Source: Felis catus (taxonomy: Eukaryota). Taken from it: DNA of 64,000 nt. A program made the translations under genes and the position numbers. Under the pieces are notes generated by a model. It had not been told where the DNA came from. It was given only the letters and a program-made list of their open reading frames with translations, and searched no databases. The DNA is taken from the NCBI RefSeq assembly GCF_018350175.1, contig NC_058369.1:11286001-11350000 (forward strand), in the 5' to 3' direction. Shown in pieces: positions 23,504 through 64,000 of the stretch; positions within the stretch are counted from its first letter, which is position 1; every line of letters starts with the position of its first letter.

Positions 23504-25019
23504 AAACGATAATAGAGTGAGCAGGATGTAGGAAAGGCATGCTGCTGTACCTTGGGCTTGCAATGGTAGAGAGACTTTACCACCCTTAGGCCAGAAGGGC
23601 CAAGGGGAAGGAGAGGGAATAATTACCCAAACTCACAGAGGGCAGCCAGATGGAGAGCACCACAGCTATCCTGCAGGTGTGGAACCAAGGAAATAAATAC
23701 ATTCTATTCCCTAATCTTCCACCCCATTGGCCAAATCCAAGTGGAAGCCAGAGGATAAAGGAGCCCGATGGTTCCTTCTACCTGAGTCACCCTCCCAAGC
23801 ACAGAACAGAATGGAGAGAAGGGTGAGGGTAGAACAGAGGGGCAAAGAGCAGACACACAGCTATTCTATCACTGTCCTTTCAGTCAAGAAGTCAACTAGG
23901 ACAATGAATCCAAGTGTCTCCGAATCTTGTGGGTACCAGTAAAGTCACATGCACATGGATCTTCGAACCCCGCTAGCTCATTTTCCTTAACCACTGCTGC
24001 AGACTTCCTGTTCTCCCACCTGACACCCCGAGAGAAGACTCCCATGTACTTACAAAAAGTTGGGTCCACCAGATATGAAAGTAGCTCTCCTTTGTGAGAC
24101 AAGCGTCTCCAATGCCCTGTTTACATAAAGTCAGGGTTGCATGATAAAGTAGGCAGTGTGGGTTGGGAGAATGACTTTTTCCTCCCTCGAGTAGCACTCA
24201 GAAAAAAGGATCCCCAAAATGGCTTGCACCCCAACAGACATTTTGGTTTCTCCGCCCCAAGAGTCAACTCATGTACACAGCTAAGATGGACTTCTCTTGG
24301 GCCAAGGATTCAAGTGCAAAGGATTTATTTGAAAAATTATCCCAGAAACATCCAGTCGGAACATTTCAAAAAGGAACACCCCAGAGAGTCTCAGTGAGGA
24401 AGAGTTAGTTGCTGCCATGGGCAATGGGGATCAATCCCAAAGGGCATGCTCTGAGGCTGCGCAAACACACCTTGAATTTCTCCCACAGAATAGAAAGGAG
24501 GCGAGGGTGTTTATCCATTAGCTCCCGACCACCCCTCGTTCTTGAGGGCTATTCCTGCCCCATACAAAAGAAAGCCACAGGTAGAGAGTTTTAGGGGTTC
24601 CCAGACTCTGTCAACCTCTGTCAAGATCCACAGGGACATAGTGGACACCCACTATACATCCTCTAACTAGCTTAAAATTCCAGAAGAGCAGAGAGCGGGC
24701 CATATAAGTCATCATTCTACCCCCAACAACTAGTCCAGGCTTTGGCATACAGTAAGCGCCCAGCAAGCATGCAGAGGCTAGATGAACGTGCAGAAAATAA
24801 ACTTGAGACAACAATGAAAGAGATCGTTCCATCTCCAAAGATTTAGCCCAAGGAAGAGAGGTGGCATGAACACTTGGTTGCTTCCACAGAATGCCTGCAT
24901 CTGCAAACCTGATCGTCCCTGAACATACGCCACGTCCAGTTCCAGAGCAGAGAACGATTGCTTTAAGGAATCCGCACATTCCATGCCCCATTGCCCCAGT
25001 GACTCGTTCATGCGGCGGT

Positions 25020-25230
25020 GCTCAAAGGCAATGCCCCCCACTCCCAGGGAACAACTGGCATGTCTGGAAGCATTTCCGGTTGTCACAATGGAGGAGAGGC
25101 TGCTGCTGGCATCTAGTGGGTGGAGGCCCGAGATGCTGCTAAACATTCGACAATGCCCAGGGCGGCCCCCAGAGCAAAGAACGATTGGGTCCCAGATCCC
25201 AATACTGCCGATGTTGAGAAACCCTGAGTT
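25020..25230. mobile_element. MER20-like hAT transposon
   Basis: tggcatgtctggaagcattt..ggttgtcacaa..ctggcatctagtgggtggaggcc. Confidence 0.75.
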
Positions 25231-26744
25231 AGAAGATGGATGCCTGACCCGGTTGAGGTCACTACAAAATCCACCTCGAAACTAGAAGCTTCTCAATTCT
25301 CTGGAAAGTGCAGTATGGTCTGTGATCTTTGCACCTACTTTGCTAACACAGAAGGAGGGCGATGCTACATAGTAAGGGTACTATGTGGAGCCCGAGGGTG
25401 AAACTGATACCCAGAGAAAAAGCTGTAGAGATAAAGAGAAACTCAGAACTTGTTCGCCTACCTCATTTGAGTTGCTAGATCCGATCTTCCCGAAGCTGGT
25501 CCTTCTTAGTTATATGAGCTAATAAATTCCTTTTCTGTTTAAGCCTATTGAGTAGGTTTTTTGTGTCACTGGCAACCAAGAGCACTCCAAATTGGTAGAG
25601 TAGGCAGTTAGCTAGATATGAGCAGGGAACAGATCCTTTCTGATAAAAAGAGAGGAAATCAAATTCCAAACAGCGGAGAGAGTCAAGGGGAGGGGCTGGG
25701 GGGGGGGCGTTCTTCCCTATAACTGTTGCCCTCCATAGTTTCATAACTATACATTTACATCGCGGTTTTGACACCCCTGCTGTGGGAAGGCTGCCGTGAG
25801 GGTTCCACAAGGACCATATAGGGCCCCCAATGCCCCCCTCCCAACCGGCAGGAGGGGTCCCTTAGATGGTTGGAGGCAATTAGAGACTCCCCTAGCTATG
25901 ACCTATAACCCATGCAAGTATAAAAAACAAGACAACCCTGACCCCTGGTGTAGTTGTCCTCCGTAGGTCTCTTTAACTGCCATTCAACTCTCACTTGCTT
26001 GAGAGTTTAGCTCTGAATTCTTTCTTGGCAAAACTCAAGAACCGAGGTCAGCGTGGAGGCAAGGGAAGGGACCTGCCGATGACAAAATGACAGGAGGAAT
26101 CAGTGAACATTCTCCCATCCTCCTTTCCCGGAGGGTCCCAGTGCAAACACAACCTTGTTTGGGGGCACAACTGGTTGCAAGACAGAGAAATCCATCTATG
26201 CTGGTACGTGCAAAGGAGTACTTATTACACACGTGCAGCATTGTCTCCAGAACCCAAGGGAGCACAAGGTAGAGGTGAGATTCATGCAGAAGCAGCATCG
26301 GGCACTTAGGAGGCAATTATTAAATACCTGTTGGTGCCAATGGAATGCACGCTCAATTAACTAGAATGGATGCTCCAACTGGAACTCAGATACTGCCTCC
26401 AAGTCTCTGGAGCCACCCAAGCACTCCCCCCACCCCCCGCCAATAAAACTAGCCACCCATAGTTCTCCATCTGCCCATGGCTTTAGAAGCCCCAACAACT
26501 GACCTCTTTCTCAGCATCTGTATTAAGGAACTTCTGGGGAAAGGGAATCTGATTGGCTCACCTGAAGTCAGGTGACCACCTCTGAACTAATCAGCAGAGT
26601 CATCTGCCAAGAGAGGAAGCAGGAGTGGGCTGGCAAGCTGCATGGGGTTCAACCCATGATGGGAACTCAAGTCGGCCCCAGAGATATAGAAGGCCCACCA
26701 CTACCCCCCACCCCCCACCTTCTCGAGACACAGACCAAGGACAC

Positions 26745-27804
26745 TGAGTGTTAACTATTCCTTTATTAGGTGGTGAGGGGACTGGGGGCTGTACAATGCA
26801 AGGGAATTTAGCTACACAGGGATAGTGACCAGAAGCCACATTACAAAAATAGCCTAAAAATACTTCTATTTTGCCCCCGGGGCTGGGCGGGGGGGGGGGG
26901 GGGGGGAGTACCAGGGGAGGGGTGCCACCAGGCAGCTCATTCCCTTCCTGCAGTCCCGTGTTTAGAGGGAGGCAAAGTGACATGCACACATCTCCCCTGG
27001 TCCTCATGTTCTCACCAGCCACCCCCACCCAGCTCCCCAAGAGAGATGGCCCCGGCTCTAGGGTTGGGGGGACCTGGGGCGGGCTCTCTGGGCCAGAAGA
27101 GTCCTCCCCCCAGCAAAGCTATAGAACAAGTTCCATCTGGAATGCAGTGAAGTGAGGGACATGGGGGAGGAAACAGGCTCCCAAGTCTCACCCGCCCCCC
27201 GCCCCGGAGGGTGCGCCCAAGGGTGCCTACTTGGTACACACCAGGGTTGTGTACTCGGTACACAGGATCCTGGTCATGCCTGTGTACTCGGTACACAGGA
27301 TCCAGCTTGGCCGAATGGGCCCACAGACTCAGCCCCACGGGGGCACTGGGGGGTTTGCAGGGGCAGGGAGCGTCTCCATATATATATTTTGTAAAAAATA
27401 ATAATAATAATAAGTTTGTTTAAATGAATTTGTTTCTATACAAAATGTAAAAAAAAATAATAATAAATCACTCGTGTCGGAGTGTAAGGAGAGAGACCAG
27501 AGGAGGCAGGAGAGGGGGGAGGGACGGAAGCATGGGGATAGGGGGGGTGCAGGAGGAGGCCCCAGGCTCATCTCAAGACCCAGGGGGTGGGGGGGAGTCA
27601 GCCCGCACCCCCTATAAATAAAGCAGGACTGAAAGCCGAGGCTGCGGACCTATCTCAGCCACACTTCGAGGGGGAGTCGGACCGGTGCAAGGAGGCTGGT
27701 GGAGAGAAAAGAGAAGGAAAAGGTCTACAAAGGAAGCGGGGGGAGAGAGAGAATCAGGACAGGATGTCTGTTCAGCCCCCCAAGACCCAGGAACTGGAGA
27801 GCTC
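26745..27804 (-). other. NOTCH3: NOTCH3 3'UTR
   Basis: Lies between the stop codon and the polyA signal. Confidence 0.85.
26762..26767 (-). terminator. NOTCH3: NOTCH3 polyadenylation signal AATAAA (cleavage ~26745)
   Basis: Minus-strand AATAAA ~1040 nt after the stop, with GT-rich sequence downstream. Confidence 0.85.
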
Positions 27805-62374
<34,570 letters not shown>

Positions 62375-62987
62375 GGCGGCCGGCCGCGACCCTCCCTCCT
62401 CCCTCCTCCCTTCTTCCCTGGGCTCCGGGCGCGTCCCGGGCCAGCCTCCGCGCCGCCAACTTCGCCAAAGTGAGGCTGCCGGGCCGCCCCGCCCCCAGCC
62501 CTGGGCGGCTCGCCCCGCCCCGGGGCCGGCCCTGCGCTCCCCCGCCCCCCTACCCCCACCCCAGCCCGGCCTCCCGGGGTCCCTGCCCACCCTCCACCCA
62601 CACAGCCAGGGACCCGCAGATCCTTGGAAATTCTGGCCAGCCATGCGGTGAGGCGTGGGCTGAACCCACACTGACAGACACACCAGCTTCGTGAACACCC
62701 ACGCTCCCAACACACACTCAGAGCCCAGGGACGCACACAGAGCCAGGGCACAAACACAGATCCACAGATCCTCCCAAACTGAGGCCAGGCACGTCCTAAG
62801 AATCTCACGCGCACACAACCACCCTGCCCCATTGCAGACGTATGCACAGAGCTTCATGGGGACTTAAGATATAAAACACAAACCCAAAGCTCAGGCCCAG
62901 CCAGGCCTTGAGCCTGGGACAGCATTTGCAGCCTCAGACCTCAGACACACATTAGGAAGGAGACCCATGCATGTGTGCGCGCACGCT

Positions 62988-62989
<2 letters not shown>

Positions 62990-63042
<53 letters not shown>

Positions 63043-63049
63043 ACACACA
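62990..63049. repeat. (CA)n microsatellite upstream of the NOTCH3 promoter
   Basis: Read directly. Confidence 0.95.
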
Positions 63050-64000
63050 ATCTTCTTACTCTCAGCTCTCCTGGAAAGCACCCCTCTTCCTCCTTACTAC
63101 CCTGTGTGAACCCCAAAGGTCCACCCCAGCCCCCAGCCCCACCCATTCCCCTCACAGCTTCTCTGCTGCTCAGCCTTGCTCAATTTGATCAACTGCCTTT
63201 TCCCAAATCAGTCATGCTGCAAAGCCGCCCCGCAGCCCACTTTGTCCATGCGGCGATAATGGGGACCCCGAAAGGCCCCAAGCCCAGCCCCGGAGGAGCC
63301 CTTATTCCACGGAAGAAAAAGCCCGACACAGACACCAGCAGCTCTGGGGGTTCAGAGCTGGGCCAGAGGGAGGGACAGAGTGTGGGAGGGCCACGCAGAG
63401 GGGTTGGTGAGGGCCCGGCTTGAGGGTAGTTACTGATTTGTTCATTCATTTATTCAACAGGTGGGTATAAATCTCTGGCTTTATGTCTGGCTTTGTTCCA
63501 GGGGCTGGGGTATACCTTCCTCCCCCAGAGAGGGCTCCCCAAAGGAGGGTCCAGTGGAGCTCAGCCGGGAAGGCTGAACTAGAGAGGGAAATGGCAGCAG
63601 AGACACAGGTTTGCACCCACAGGAGGAAGCAAAGAAAGGAGGAGGAGTGGACAGACCAGGGGTCACAAGGGCCACCATGAGGAGGAGGAGAAAGAGGCCA
63701 GGCTGTCCCCCATGGTAATTTGGCTGCAGGGAGGAGGGATGGGTTGGGGATAAGGCGCTGAATCCGTGGAGCCTAGGGGTCACCTACAGGAGCTGAGCAT
63801 CCAGAAGCCACGGTGGGAGATTTTCACCAGAGCAGCCCAGAGAGCTTCAGGCAACTTTTAACCTTTTTATTTTAAAATAATGTCAAATGCAAAAAAAAAA
63901 ATAAAAAATTAAAATAAAATAAAATAATGTCAAATGCAGAATAGCATAATTTCCACATGCCCTTTGTCGGGATTCGCCAACCCTTTCCACGCTTTGCCAC

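Noticed and set aside
21813..23583. Three overlapping 547-581 aa ORFs rich in I/Y/L/S
   Set aside because: An artefact of (TATC)n, which lacks stops in all minus-strand frames. Low complexity and no gene structure.

Overview
This is eukaryotic, felid genomic DNA, judged from dense Can-SINE/SINEC_Fc and carnivore L1 copies. The main content is a complete NOTCH3 gene on the minus strand. I traced 33 coding exons from ATG 62374 to TGA 27805. All introns are GT-AG, the CDS is 6972 nt (2323 aa), and the polyA signal is at 26762-26767. Other content: an OR10-family olfactory receptor pseudogene (12300-13547, minus) interrupted by a 313-bp solo ERV LTR with an exact CAGC target-site duplication; a CpG-island promoter at the window start (probably ILVBL, by synteny only); a ~1.6-kb higher-order GATA satellite; and many nested transposon insertions. 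I found no convincing novel protein-coding system. The most interesting unexplained signals are cis-regulatory: a same-strand RGGTCA array in intron 27, a duplicated ETS-IRF element in intron 25, an RBPJ/E-box cluster in intron 2, and repeated hairpins in the 3'UTR. Comparisons to human NOTCH3 and repeat family names are from memory, not from database searches.
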